A stretch of 64,000 nt of DNA from Takakia lepidozioides (lineage: Eukaryota > Plantae > Bryophyta): assembly GCA_030704615.1 (NCBI GenBank), contig CM060732.1, positions 65,906,001-65,970,000 on the forward strand, in the 5' to 3' direction. A program made the position numbers and the translations under genes. The notes beneath the pieces were generated by a model, which was given only the letters and a program-made list of their open reading frames with translations, was not told the origin of the DNA and ran no database searches. Positions 13,255 through 26,159 of the stretch are shown piece by piece. Each line of letters starts with the position of its first letter. Positions within the stretch are counted from its first letter, which is position 1.

Positions 13255-13560
13255 AACGATTTATAAGCAAATGCAAAGGAAAGGTGTCATGTCTATGTAA
13301 CAGGGTTACATTCATTTGTGTTCTCAATGCATGTGCCAACTTGGCGGCCCTGGAAAAGGGCAAGGAGGTTCATGCTGACATTCTCAAAGCTGGAATTGCA
13401 CGAGACATCATTCTGGAGACAAAGCCCATTGACATGTACGCTAAATGCAGGCCAATGAATGATGCGTGTCAAGTGTTTGACAAAATGGTAGAATGGAATG
13501 TGGTGTGATGGAGTGCAATGATCGCAGGATATACTCAGCACGGGTGTGGTAGGGAGGCTT
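13255..13560 (+). pseudogene. PLS-class PPR gene fragment
   Basis: RVTFICVLNACANLAALEKGKEVHADILKAG...VFDKMVEWNVV*WSAMIAGYTQHGCGREA: about three motifs with an in-frame stop, closely related to the two PPR genes in this window. Confidence 0.85.
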
Positions 13561-14408
13561 CCGAGAGCTGCATGAGTTGAACATGCATACAAGTGCGCAT
13601 AGAAGGGATCTTGCACCTGGGGATGCAGGTCATGGATCCTCTCGGATGAAAAGCGGGCTTCGTCGACGAGGGGGGAAAGGAGGGTTTCTCTTCCTCTTGT
13701 GCGTGGATTCAAGAGGAAGTTCAAACGTCTGCAGGTCCACAGATTAGTGCTGGAGTATAAGATGTTCACCTGGTGTGAGTAATCTGTGAGGAACGTGGGT
13801 TTTTGAGGATTCTTAGGCCGAGATCAGCAAAGGGAAAGCTCGAAATGGAGACTCTACTTCGGTACAAGACGAGCTGTTTTTGTATCTTCTTTCTCGATGA
13901 GTTACTATATCGCCTGTCGGCTCAGTACGTCTCCTTTCGTCTTTGACTACCTTCGGTTTTGGGTAATCAAAGGCGGCCAAGCCCCCCTTTCTGAAGTTCA
14001 TTTGGTTACAGAAAAGCGCGCCACTGTCGTGTTTTTGGATCTGGTTATGGAGGTCAAGCACTTCTGGCATTCAGCATTATCATCGGCTGGAGCTCTGACC
14101 AATGCGCTGTAGCTTCAGACCATGGCTTCATCTTCAAGTTCTGCCAGGTGATGTGCTCTTCTACAGGACCCAAACGGGTTGTCGAGAAAGTCGTTACGCA
14201 GAAAAATGCAAATGGTGCTTCCCATAATTCTTCTAGGCTGTTGTTAGTCACAAAAGGGTATGGAGAGCTTTAATGCTTCCGAATTTTACACTAATCAAGT
14301 AGGCGTTGAAACTAGGATTGTGCGGATTGGGAAGGTGGGTTAGATGTGAATCAAAGGATGTCGGTTTGTGCTGCTAGCTTCTTCTCATATTACTGTGTGC
14401 TGGAGCAG

Positions 14409-17400
14409 TCAATACAACGAAAAACCAGCTGACAAAGGTGGCCGAGGTGTGGGGGCATTGTTCAATACTCTGAAGGAAAAAGTGCGAGAGGCCTCCAAAG
14501 CACAAGAAAGGGCGGGGCCAGGGTACGGGCAAAGCCTTGGCGACCCCCTCGTTGAGTCATCAGCTTCTCAGGTGTGTTTGTCTTACTATTATCGAGGTAC
14601 TGAAGTAATCACGAATTGCAGTGATTGATATTCTTGTGAAGCAATAGACGTTGGTGTTGTGTGATAGACTCCTGAGATAATAATACATCTGCCTACCGAT
14701 GGAATTCAATGTGGCCTGCTTTATTGTTTGTTTTAAAATTCTGCATTGAGGGTCTCATGGACTATGTTTCTGTGATTGTGCTGAATATTTAGCTTGCAGT
14801 TGTCAGCCTGCCATAATGCTTTGATCAACAAGGCCAATCCTTAAGTCTCTAAATTCGAAATCCACTATCAGATGAGAACTTGAAGGTGGGAGTCATTCAA
14901 TGAAGACATTGGCACTGCATTGTCGCACAAGGTCTGGTGTGTTTGTTTTAATACAAAATACTAATTGGCCAATGCAAGATCCTTGTAATCATTGGCCATA
15001 TTGGTTGGATGGAATACAAGTCAGTTTCTCTCAAGAAGCATCATAATAGTGACGACTCTTGACAAGCATTACTGCAAAAAGGCACCTTAAACATCCAGAG
15101 AAAACTGCACGACCATTGAGAAGGGTTGTGGCAGATTACTAGTATATACAATAAGGGTGCACTATGTCGGTGCTGATGTGCAGTTTCAAGAAGCAGGTTT
15201 TCACAATCCCAGGCATGCTAGTGGAAGAGGGCCGCCCTTCATGGCTGCTGAGCCACCCCAGATGCACATGCAGCCACATCTACCTGGACAAGATTCCTTG
15301 GCCATGGACCGCTTGTCCAATGGAGGGGATTCTTCTAGTTCATGGGAGGATTTCTACAGTATTGATTGGATGCCAAAGGAGTTTTTCATGAAATACAGGA
15401 AGCATGTGGAAGGATTTCAGCTGGGTGCCAATTTTGAGGTAGCTTTCAAACTGTTCTTGTGACCTATCTAGAGAGAGACAGAGCTGATTTAAAGTTTAGA
15501 CTTGCTTTCTGTAGCCGTGCCCGTAGGCTCCTGCCTCCTTTGGATGGAGCAAGAAAAGTGCGAGGATGGTGCAGAATAGGAGAAGAGTGGCCAATCTGTC
15601 ACTGATTCCTGGCTCATTTCTTTAGCGGGACAGATGGTTCAGCTAAAGAATGTCTTCCTGTCCAGCTTTTGTCTAGCTTTGTGCTTAGTATCAATTGGAG
15701 TGCAGCGCCCTAACTTTCACCGATTGAAACCGAAGAATTTTCTTTCTTCCGGAAAGACAATTCGTTGGTTGGGTGCTGGTGACGGCAGGTTGATGGGGCC
15801 AGCCTTGTGTTGGTGCTGCTCAATGTTGTCCTGCATGATTGTCTTCACTGGGACGTCACAATCAGTCATGCTTAGAGTTCCTCTTGGATTGTTCGTATTT
15901 CCTTCGGTCTTCAAAGGATGCTCTGTTTTTGCACCACCTAGATGTACAACATGACCATTATGGAGATTTAGCATGCCGCAGTTATCCAAACATAGGTATC
16001 ATGGGATGCAATACAAGGTGAGAGGTAGGGTAGGTAATGGAAAGGGACTCAGTTTGATGGGGTGCAGGTGAATGGATGTAACACCAAGCTAGTTTTCAAG
16101 CCTTTATCTGCCAACAGCAAGTGGAAGATCATTTGTGAACCCAAGCACGGTGATTTGCGCTTGCTTACCAAAAAGATTCCTCTTGGTCCTTTGGTCAATC
16201 TTCAGGTTTCCCTTCAGCCATTCACTGTTGACATGACTTCTGTCCATGTCGGTCCTTACTGCATGCATGAATTTCTTTTCTTTGTCCTTGTGCAAATCTG
16301 CTGCATGTAAGTGCCTTTGTCCTGCATGAGGTGATGAGAAAGAGGTTGGCTTAGTCTTGTCACGACATGTCCATTCCTGGATCATTTGGATCTGGCCCTG
16401 TTTTGCTTAACACCATCATGCATCTGGACATAGTCCAGCTCCCTCAATATAGACACTAGCATTTACATAGAAACCTCAGATGTCCTGCAAAATTTAGATT
16501 TGTGAACATGTCTGCTTGCAAATCGTGCAATTGCTTACGTAAGGTGCCAAGTGTCAACATTTGCAAGCAAGGATTTGACCATAAGGTTCTTCCTAGTTTC
16601 CATAGATTCATAATAGAATATTTCTAGTAGAGACCATGTAGAAGTCCAAACTGCAGCTATGAGAAAGCCATAGCTCAGCAGTTAGGGGATTGGTTCTTTG
16701 AGCCGTTCTGCAATTCAAAATGCTCCATGTTGGCATACTTGAGCCCCTAGGAGGTCATAGTGTCACGATGAATCCATGTAGCCATTACCTATTTCAAGTT
16801 AGACATGCAGAGTTTTAGTAGTGTATTCTTGTCAAGAGGATCAACAAATGGCAAGGCTGCCACTGGTGGTCAGATCCCAACATCTTCCTACAGTCCATTG
16901 AAAATTCGAGACTAGCACAAACATGTGTTTACTCTCAACAACATTCCACACCAAGTTTTGAGGCAGCAAGAAGGCTTCCCTTATGCCCTTTCTTTCCTTT
17001 TCACAATCCAAGCATGTTTACCCTCTAGAGCAAGTGAAGCCGCCTCACCTGGCCCCATTATGCACACCCACCAACCAATAGATAGTGATTTGCATAGAAT
17101 TCCAGGCTTAAACAGCTTGACAGTTGCTATCCATGTACACTACAGCTAGGAGACATTCATGGTCTGCAAGATAGAAAGAAAAGACAACATACCAGTGGGT
17201 GGGAGGGTGGTAGTATCTCTTGCAACAGTACATTGAAAAACGCAAAGCATTGCTTTATGCTGTTACAGCGGCACTCAGCCTTGTGTTGTCATACTGAGCA
17301 GCACTTGAAAGTAAAGAGCCTAAGTGAGTACCTTGCTTAAGGCCCTAGTTCAGCACCAAGGTGACTGCTCGCTCCTTCAGCTCCTGTCTGGTCTTCCAAA

Positions 17401-19744
17401 TGAGAAGAGCAGCCTGGGCTTCTAACTTTATAGGTTAGCCTCTTTTGTGACCATGTAGGATGGCTGCTTTAGGTTAGGACTTAGGGAGAACCCTAATCCG
17501 TTTCCCATTATCCTGTTCCACTCTAGGCAAAAAAAATCCGAACAGGATAACCGGATTAGGCAATTCTTGAGTGGTGTTACCTAAACTTAGCCACCATCAA
17601 GATAAAAGCAAGAGAGAGAGAGAGAGAGAGAGAGAATGTACTCATAAGACGTTGTTTGAACACAACGGGACAGTAAGAGAGAGAATGTACTCCATAGCCT
17701 TGTGGCCATTGAGAAAGAGAGAGAGAATGTACTCATAAGACGTTGTTTGCTGTAGCCTTGTGGCCATTGACCCCATGCCCAGTTTGAGCCAAACCTCGGT
17801 AGTATGGCTTACCAACATGCAATTGATCAGAGTTTTCCAGATATCCTCTAGAAATCCCTTCACACAAACATCAATCTGCTGTGTGTGATTTGCCCAATAA
17901 CTAGACCCCAAAAGGGCCTGGGCTTTTGGCTCAGCCACGAGATTTGCAAAGTACAGAGGTACAGGAACAATTCCCTTGATGGAATTGAAAGAGGGTGTCC
18001 CTGTGATGAGAGTACCAAGGACAATGAATCAGGAAGTGGATATTGTCTTCAGGTTTCCCACACAACGGGCACTTACAATGCCCCTTTCCTCTCTGCGTCT
18101 GTTTGCTGGTCAAAGGTAGGCTATCGGCCCTGAGTTTGAATTTCAGTCTAGTGCTGAGAGTGGTAAACCCTTGAGGTCATCCATGGTGGCCTCACCCATG
18201 TCACAGACTGGAAACAGGTTCAGGGAAGGTTTCTGCCTAACTTCATTCCCATCAGACAATTTCCTGGCAACAAACACAAGAGAGAGAGAGAGAGAGATTC
18301 ACATAGCATGTCAAAGCTAGACAAGGAAACCTCCCTTCACATATCCTTGCTGGAAAACCAGTTTTTAGGTGTACAAAGTGGCAATCAGATGCACACTAGG
18401 TAGGCCCTTCTCAGAAACAGATCTGCCTCCTCACTTTCATATTATAGGAAGCGAGAGAAGTAGGAAGACACAAGTGTCTCCTTAAAAGTAACTCCTTTCC
18501 ATGTAGGTACAAGCTCAAAGAACCATCAAACCCATCAGAGCAACAATAGCAGTAGTATGCGTACATAATCAACACATACAAACAGATTCGAGGTTTGAGT
18601 GAGCTCAAAGCCTCACTCCCTTAGTCTCTTGCCCTTAGTAGCATTTCCTGCAACAAAAGAAGGTGAAGTGGCATCGCATTAGCCTCTAGCCCCCAAAGGT
18701 CAAAGTATCTCTTTGCGCAATCAATGAACTCCTGAAGACTGGATGGAGTCTCCCCTATGCCTGCGAAGTCATCCGCAAACATAAGGGCTGGTATATCGGC
18801 ATCACCCACCCTTAACCCAAATCCCTCACTTTCCACATCCTCGTAGTTGATTGACGAAAACAGCGAAGAGCAGAGGGGAGAGGGTAACATCCTTGAGCTA
18901 CACCTTGGTCTATGAAAAAGAAGTAAGACTTCTGTCGGGTTCATTTCAGTCCTCCAGATAAAAGCAAGAGAGAGGGAGAGAGAGAGATCACCCTATTACT
19001 CCTAGGTGGTCGTAGGCTTTTTAGCTGATCACAGGAAAAAGGAAAGGTGGGGTAGGGAGAATGGGGAGGTCACAATTGAAGTTTATTCCGCTTTTTTGGA
19101 CTGCTTGCTAAACCTTTTTCTAGTAACGTGGGAAGGAGAGACAACTCTTCTTGCAAAGAAATACCTCACAAGTAAAGTGCAATTGTGTGCAGGTAGGAAT
19201 AGGGCATGACTTTCATAACCACACGACAGGCTGGAAGTGGAAGTTGACATCATCCTTTGGAGCAACAGGTGTATCCGAAATCCACCATAAAACTCTGCTG
19301 CCGATCTTCCCAGGGTTTGATATTCGCGTTGGCTGGAATGCGCAATACGTTCTCCCTGATCTGCATGGGTGTGTGATCCCTCATACGTCCTGCCTGGAAT
19401 ATAGCATGATATTTTCTGCTGCTGATTGCCTGGAATGAGGTTGCTGATGAGGGAAAATTGGTGAGGCCAGCTAGTGGGCTTGAGTGGAAAACTCCGCCTA
19501 GCAAAGTTCACAGAATTTCTCCCCGCAATTTTGATAAAGATTTTATTGTATGCTGTGTATATGGGAAAGGTTCTCTGCTCTGATGGATAATGGGCTGGGT
19601 GTCCTATCCTTTAGTGGCTAACACAAACTTGGATGTGGATTGGGCAGGGCATTAGGGACAGGGGAGCCAGTCGTAGGGTTGAACCCTGGGCACCTCTATG
19701 CAAACATAGAGCGAGTGGAGGCAATCTACACCCACATAACATAA
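14409..19744 (+). CDS. Conserved uncharacterised plant protein (multi-exon; true start probably upstream)
   Basis: Exons ~14409-14571, ~15185-15438 (KEFFMKYRKHVEGFQLGANFE), ~16068-16205 (KWKIICEPKHGDLRLLTKKIPL), ~19193-19367 (VGIGHDFHNHTTGWKWKLTSSFG...YVLPDLH), ~19648-19744 (ALGTGEPVVGLNPGHLYANIERVEAIYTHIT*). Resembles a family of land-plant unknown proteins as I recall them. Confidence 0.8.
17619..18955 (-). mobile_element. Degenerate 5'-truncated non-LTR retrotransposon (LINE) in intron
   Basis: RT motif ALMFADDF (ORF 18621-18944) and C-terminal CPLCGKPEDNIHFLIHC zinc knuckle (17931-18113). Flanked by the direct repeat AGATAAAAGCAAGAGAGAG at 17600-17618 and 18956-18974. Confidence 0.85.
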
Positions 19745-20757
19745 TGCAACTCATGACAGTATATAACATGGTGTGTATGGTTTGAATCTCTTTGGAGGAT
19801 CATGCGATTGGAACTGCCCAGCATCCTTCGCAGTAGCTAAGCCATTCATGGTTTGAATGGGTAGCATGTTCACTGGCCTCCTGTCATGTGAGCTCCAATG
19901 CTTCAGAATGGAGAGACACGCTTCAACAAGGAACAGAAATATCGTGTGCTTTTGTGACTGTAGACCGAGGGGGCCAGCCCTGAGCCATTTTTGTATGAAT
20001 CACTCACCATCTTTAAGGACACAAACACTGTCAGACCTTTCGTACTTTTTGAAAGAGAAGAGAGAATTAACGCAACAGAAAACAGTCAGAACCTTGCAAG
20101 TTCACTCATATTTTGCTCCAAAGTCTTGACACGACTCCTTGAGCTCTGAGGGCATCTTGCTACGTATCGCAGCTTTTTCATGTTGCTACACATCTCACTT
20201 TCTCAGTCTTGGGCTTACAAATACTATCTCTCAAAGCGAATATAGCTTTTGTGAGATTTTGCCCAAGAGTTAAACATCGCCTAGTTGTTTGTGACCACCA
20301 CATGGTGCAACGAAACACACGAAATGGTGTAATATCAAGCTGGCTGTAGGATCAGCACCCCAGTACATGAAAATCCAGGACTAGGGATGGCATCACGTTA
20401 TATTCAGAAACCCGACAAAGCTAATCCTTAGCGATGGAATTCAGAAGAAGAAAAAGAGAAGCTGACAACGTCCTCAGGAAGAAGACCCATAGAAGCTTCA
20501 TAACGTCTTCAGGAAGCTCATAGAGTAGATCTGGGACAGGGAAGGGAAAAGAGAATTGTGGGGTCCCAAAAGAAGGTTGAGATGGATGAGCTACAGAAGA
20601 AAAGTTGCTTCGGGTCGATAACAAGATACATGAACGCGCGAGGGAATCAGAAAGTGGCAGAAACAAACTAACAGATACATGCCTAATTCTTTGTTCATGG
20701 CTTTGTAATTTCGGTTTTGAGGCCGTCATCATCTTCATTTCGCCTTCGGACACAGAG

Positions 20758-23700
20758 ATGGCAGGGCGCTCCGCCTCTCTGCTGCGCGTGGTGCTAGAGG
20801 CCATACCCAAAGCCCTGTCTTCGCCTTGCGGTGGAGGTTTCGTATCATGCCGAAGAATATCAGCCCAGGTTGTGGCTGTGGAATGGGTTTGCAGCCCGGC
20901 AACTCCTGAGAGCGGACAATTGCAACGGAGGACCCTGAACCGTAGTGAGCCTCGAGAGAGAGGAAGGACAGGTATTGACATGTGAAAACTCTGTGTTTGG
21001 GTCTCTAAATTGTGTTGGAGCGATCATCGCTGCATAGTGTCCTTGGAACATCCCAGGTCCATCTGGGTGGAAGAGTTCGTTTAAGGTCATAATTGACACC
21101 CTTGTCCTCCCTGCTCCGCTTCTTAGTGTTTGATAAATATCTGAACACTGATACATCTCCCGTGTATCCATTGGCTGCATGGGAGGGAGAGGCATACATA
21201 CTGGCATTGCCTGGTTGAAGTGGTTGTGGTCAGGCCCTTCTGGGATGCCCTGTCTTTGGGGATACATCCTGGTCTACAGAGGGTGAGGGTTGTGACCGTG
21301 CTGTCGCATACATAGCCCACGCCAATCCCGTCGCACGTATTTTTGAGGTCTCTTTTAAATGTAGAGGACTAGTTAGCACAGATGCACGATAAAATACTGT
21401 GGTGCCTCAAGTGCAGTGCCTGAGGCATGGGCAATAGGCACAGAAGGATGTACTCATCAACCATTTCCTGGGAGGGAGCTCTGAGCTGAACCTTTGAGAA
21501 CATTGTCAAGGCGGTACATTGACTTCAATCCAGTGGCAGGGAATGGAGTAGTAACGACAGGTCATGTAGACATTTTCCCGGTGGCACTGCGCTAGAGAAA
21601 CAGCAGGGGCAGAGAGAAAGACAAAAGAGGCTAATGCCTCTGAGACCTAGGTCAATTAGGAGCTACCGAAGGTCCATGTCTGTATTCAATAAGACTGCTA
21701 GTTGAGGCTAGTGAAGTTCTCATGTTCTTGTAGCTCTTGCACACAGAAGAGGCACGGAACAAAGAACGGCTCTGGCGGGAGTTCTTCTCAGACCCTTCCC
21801 AGTGGTGGGACAACAGATTTGATAAGGTGAGTCTGTCTTCAACTAGGACGGGAAGACCGTCAAGGAGGGTTTGTGATTAAAGCTGACCTCATGCCGTTTT
21901 TGAACTAAATCATATTTCCAGCTACTTCAATTGCAGTTTGTCTCTTCTAGCAAGAAGACCAACAAAAGTCCATGTTTCTACTGCTCATTTAGATACAGGA
22001 GATCCAAAAACATGGTTTTCCTTGTATTCATTGGATCTAGTTGCTTAACCAAAGGTCCTGCTCAACGCCTGCAGAAAATACTGCTTGAAACTTGACCCAG
22101 AGTTGAGATGGCTGTTAGGAAAAAACATCTTCACTACTTGTGCACAACTAGGAGTTCTCATTCTTCAAAGGATTGAAAATTGAAGTCCCTAATGGATGCT
22201 GTGTTGAAATATCATGAAATTCATAGAAATTCGACAGCATGTAGTCACCATAGTGAGATTACAGGATTAGTAGGCCCTTCTTAAGTAAGGTGTCCCATTC
22301 TCTTTGATTAGTGGTTGCAGCCTGTACTATGCAAAACTGGTTGGAGCTGTATGGCTGCTCAGTTGCCTCTGGTTGTTGCCACAGAAAAGTTCAAGATCGC
22401 CAGATTTCAGGCATAAGCGTACCAAGGAGGTCCTCTGGGTCGATGGTGCTTCAAACCCTTCTTGGGTGACACCAAAGCTAATTAGCATGGTAAAATCACG
22501 AAATGAATGTGTGGAGCAAGGGCCAGTTGAAGCAATGGCCGTGGACAGCAGTAAGAATCACCTACAATCACCTTGGCTTGAAGGGTAGCTTTGACCACAA
22601 TTAGCTCCTTCAGTATTCTTGCATCATCCCAAGGTTCTATTGTGTTTCTCTGTTTCTAGTATGCAGGAGGCAGAGAAAGAGCACCCAGCAAATTTTATCT
22701 AAAGCTACATAGCAGTTCTTAATAGGTGAGGCATTTAGAGGCTGACAAAGTTCTCATGTTCTTGTAGTTCTTACATACAGGTGATGCCACGAGTAAAGAC
22801 TGGCTCTGGCAGAGGTTCTTCTCAGATCCTGAAGAGTGGTGGGACAACAGATTTGATAAGGTGCAGCTGTCTTCATGGGGAGATGAATGAGTCTGTCAAG
22901 AAGGCTTGTGACTGAAGATGGCATGCTGATGTTTTGTGGCTGCCATTGTAATGCCAGTTTCTTAGATTTTGGCGTTGCTCTTTGTCTCAAAAACCAGCAA
23001 AAGCAGTTGCTAGTTTGACTATCAGTTGGCTATTCAAGGTTGTTCCTTGTAATTGTAAGAATCTTGAAGCTTTGTTGGTGGTAGGATGGGCTTTTGGAGG
23101 CTTTGGTTGAAGCTATGGCTGCTAAGCTGCGTACTCATGGTACTCATGGTTTGCACAGAAAAGTCCAAATTCACCAGACTTCAAACACAAGCGTACAAGG
23201 GATGTCCTTTGGGTTGATGGTCGGTCAAACCCTCCTTGGGTGAAAGCAGAGCTGGCTGCCATGATAAAATGTGGAGTACTGTCTGCTGACGGTGTTACTG
23301 CACCCCGTGCTCCTCCAGACCATGATTACTACGGGTATTATTTTTATGATAGTTGAAGGTTATAGCAGATAGAGTTCCCAGTGTATTCTTGTCCATGACC
23401 ACAGTAGTTTTGTTTTTTGTCGCTTATTGATAATAATAAGTCTATCCTCATCAAGGAGCTTTGAGATATGTTTTGTCTAGGTTTATAACAAGAAGTTTCA
23501 ATTCATGCAGGATGACAGATTTCGATCTGGAAGAATTCTTTGAATTGGACATCTTACCCATGACGCCTGCTTCTTACAACGGACCAATGGAGGGATTCAA
23601 CAAGAATTCGTCTGGCACTTTTGTGGATGTGATGACACTATGTAAGGCAGGACAGCTGCAAGAGGCATTGCACGCCTTGAATCATCAAGGCACTTCGGTA

Positions 23701-25158
23701 GACTCCTATACTTATGTCTGTCTCTCACAGGAGTGTGTCAAAGTTAAGGACCTTCATATGGGGAAACAGCTTCACAACCACATTATCCAAAGTGGATTCA
23801 AACCAAACATCTTTCTACATAACACTCTGGTCAATATGTATTCCAAGTGTGGGAGTGTGGTTGATGCACGGCAACTGTTTGACAAAATGCCTGAACGGGA
23901 TGTGTGTACGTGGACTACAATGGTGACAGGATATGCTAAGCATGGGGATAGTAGGGCGGCTTTGGAAATGTATGAGAAAATGATCCGGGAAGGAGTGATG
24001 CCCAACAGTGTCACATTCACATGTGTTCTCAATGCATGTGCTGATGTAGGAGCCCTGGAAAAGGGCAGAGAGGTCCATGCGGATGTCCGGAAATCGGAGA
24101 TTGCATCAGATGTCATTCTGGAGACAGCCCTTGCTGACATGTATTGCAAATGTGGAAGCATAAAGGATGCGAGGGAAGTCTTCGACAGTATGACTCATCG
24201 AAATGTGGTTTCCTGGAGCACCATGATCGCAGGATATACTCAGCATGGGTGTGCTAGGCTTGCTTTGGAGATGTATGAGCAAATGATAGAGGAAGGGGTA
24301 GCATCCAACAGGGTCACGTTCATGAGCGTTCTCAAGGCCTGCGCCAGCCTAGGAGACTTGGGAAAAGCCAAAGAGGTCCATGCTGACATCAGCAAAAATG
24401 GAATAGTGCCAGATATCATCCTAGAGAATATTCTTGTTGACATGTATGCCAAATGCAGGAGCATGAAGGATGCACGGCAAGTTTTTGATAGCATGGCTCA
24501 ACACAATGTGTTCTCATGGAGTGCAATGATAGCAGGATATGCTCACAATGGGTGCGGCAGGGAGGCTGTCAAGATGTATGAGCAAATGCAACGGGTAGGA
24601 GTCACCCCTGACAGGGTCATGTTCTGTTGCATTCTGGATGCATGTGGCCACTTTGCAGCCCTGCAAAAGGGTGAGGAGGTCCACGATGACATCTGGAAAG
24701 CAGGACTCGCATCAGATACCGCTGTGGAGACTGCCCTAGTCAAAATGTATGCCAAATGTGGGAGTATGAAGAAAGCACGGCAAGTGTTCGATAATATGGC
24801 TCAACGCGATGTGTCCTCATGGAGTGCAATGATGACAGGATACACACAGCATGGGTGTGCTATGGATGCCCTGCAACTATTTCAACAAATGCAACAGGAA
24901 GGCTTGAAGCCAGACGACATAACTTTCCTGGCAGAACATGCAACAAAGGAGATCCTCAGGAGTGATCCCCAGGACACTGAAGCTTACGTCTTGCTATCGA
25001 ACATCTACACTGCAGCTGGCAGGTGGAACGATCAAGCCAAAGTGAGAAAAATGATGAAGGAAAAGTTCTCAAAAACGAGCCCGGGTGCAGCTGCATCCAG
25101 ATGGACAACTGCGCACACTGTAGACAAGTCCCATCTCCAATTCACAAATCCATACTGA
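20758..25158 (+). CDS. 2x PDF(OSB-type)-motif + PLS-PPR protein with deleted/decayed E-DYW end (possible pseudogene)
   Basis: Phase-compatible exons 20758-20971 (transit-peptide-like), 21747-21826, 22385-22550, 22781-22860, 23159-23334 and 23511-25158. Motifs LWREFFSDPSQWWDNRFDK|KSSRSPDFRHKRTKEVLW and LWQRFFSDPEEWWDNRFDK|KSPNSPDFKHKRTRDVLW precede about 12 PLS motifs. Confidence 0.8.
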
Positions 25159-25742
25159 GCTCAATACAGTGTCTGGGCAGATGAAGGAGCCGGGGATTGT
25201 GCTTGACACACCCCTTTGTATTGCCTGATGTGGAGGAGCAAACAGAAGCTAGCAACACAGACCCCACACCATCGACACCGGGTCGCTTCGTGGATGATAA
25301 ATCTAGATGAAGTTCTGAGACGGATGTAAGAATTTAAGTTCTTTAGATGATTCATCCATATAACTCATCCCTGTAATCCATCCGTCTAATTTGTTTTTGC
25401 TGGCAGTATGCGACATGGGAGAATTTTAGGGGTTTCTTTTCCTTTTTTTTTTCCGTGTTACAAACCCATCGAGAGATGACTGCCGGACCGAGATTTTTAG
25501 GGCGGCTCCAAGACTATATATACCGAGTTTGGAAGATTTGAGGTGCAAACGATATGGGACTATTTGTTTGTGGAGTGGGAAAAGGCCCCACGATACTTTC
25601 TTCGATGCATCGAAAGCGGTTCCTGGGCTGCGGTCTGCGTGTGTGAGAATAGGAGAAGAAGAGAAGAAGAAGAAGAGTTTGCGAGGGATTTGGGGTTGCA
25701 GGGAGGAGGAGCAAGGTGAGGAGGGGTGCTTGGGATTGCAGG

Positions 25743-26159
25743 ATGTCGTATAGTAACGTGGTAGGGGGGAAGCTGAAGTTGAAGGGGAAGGCTTTGGATG
25801 TGAAATCGGGTGGGCTGAAGAAGAAGAAAAAGAGGGAGAAGCAGCAGCAGCAGTTGCTTTTGTTGGCAGGCCAGGACGGGAGCCTGTCACCCACGCACTC
25901 TTTTGAGGGTGAGCTTGGATCCGAAGTTCACAAAGACGGCGAAGGGGAGGGGGAGGGGCGGGAGGAGACGCAACTGGCCGTTCTGGAGGACCATCGCACC
26001 CCTGCGGAGAAGAGGTATGCAGAACAGAAAATCCAATTGGATACCCGTCGGTTGGCGAAGGTGGCAAGCAAGTCTCATCGGGAGAGGGTCGAAGATTTCA
26101 ACCAGTATCTAGCAAATCTCAGTGAGCATTACGACATTCCTAAGGTCGGACCGGGGTAA
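25743..26159 (+). CDS. FAM32A: FAM32A homolog (DUF1754), intronless
   Basis: MSYSNVVGGKLKLKG...RTPAEKRY...KSHRERVEDFNQYLANLSEHYDIPKVGPG. Confidence 0.92.
   Translation: MSYSNVVGGKLKLKGKALDVKSGGLKKKKKREKQQQQLLLLAGQDGSLSPTHSFEGELGSEVHKDGEGEGEGREETQLAVLEDHRTPAEKRYAEQKIQLDTRRLAKVASKSHRERVEDFNQYLANLSEHYDIPKVGPG

Noticed and set aside
19660-19735. tRNA/SINE-like T-arm on the minus strand (GGTTCAACCC)
   Set aside because: It coincides with the conserved last coding exon of the + strand gene.
20421-21267. Minus-strand ORFs of 186 and 135 aa
   Set aside because: No recognisable domain; they overlap the first exon and intron of the PDF-PPR gene.
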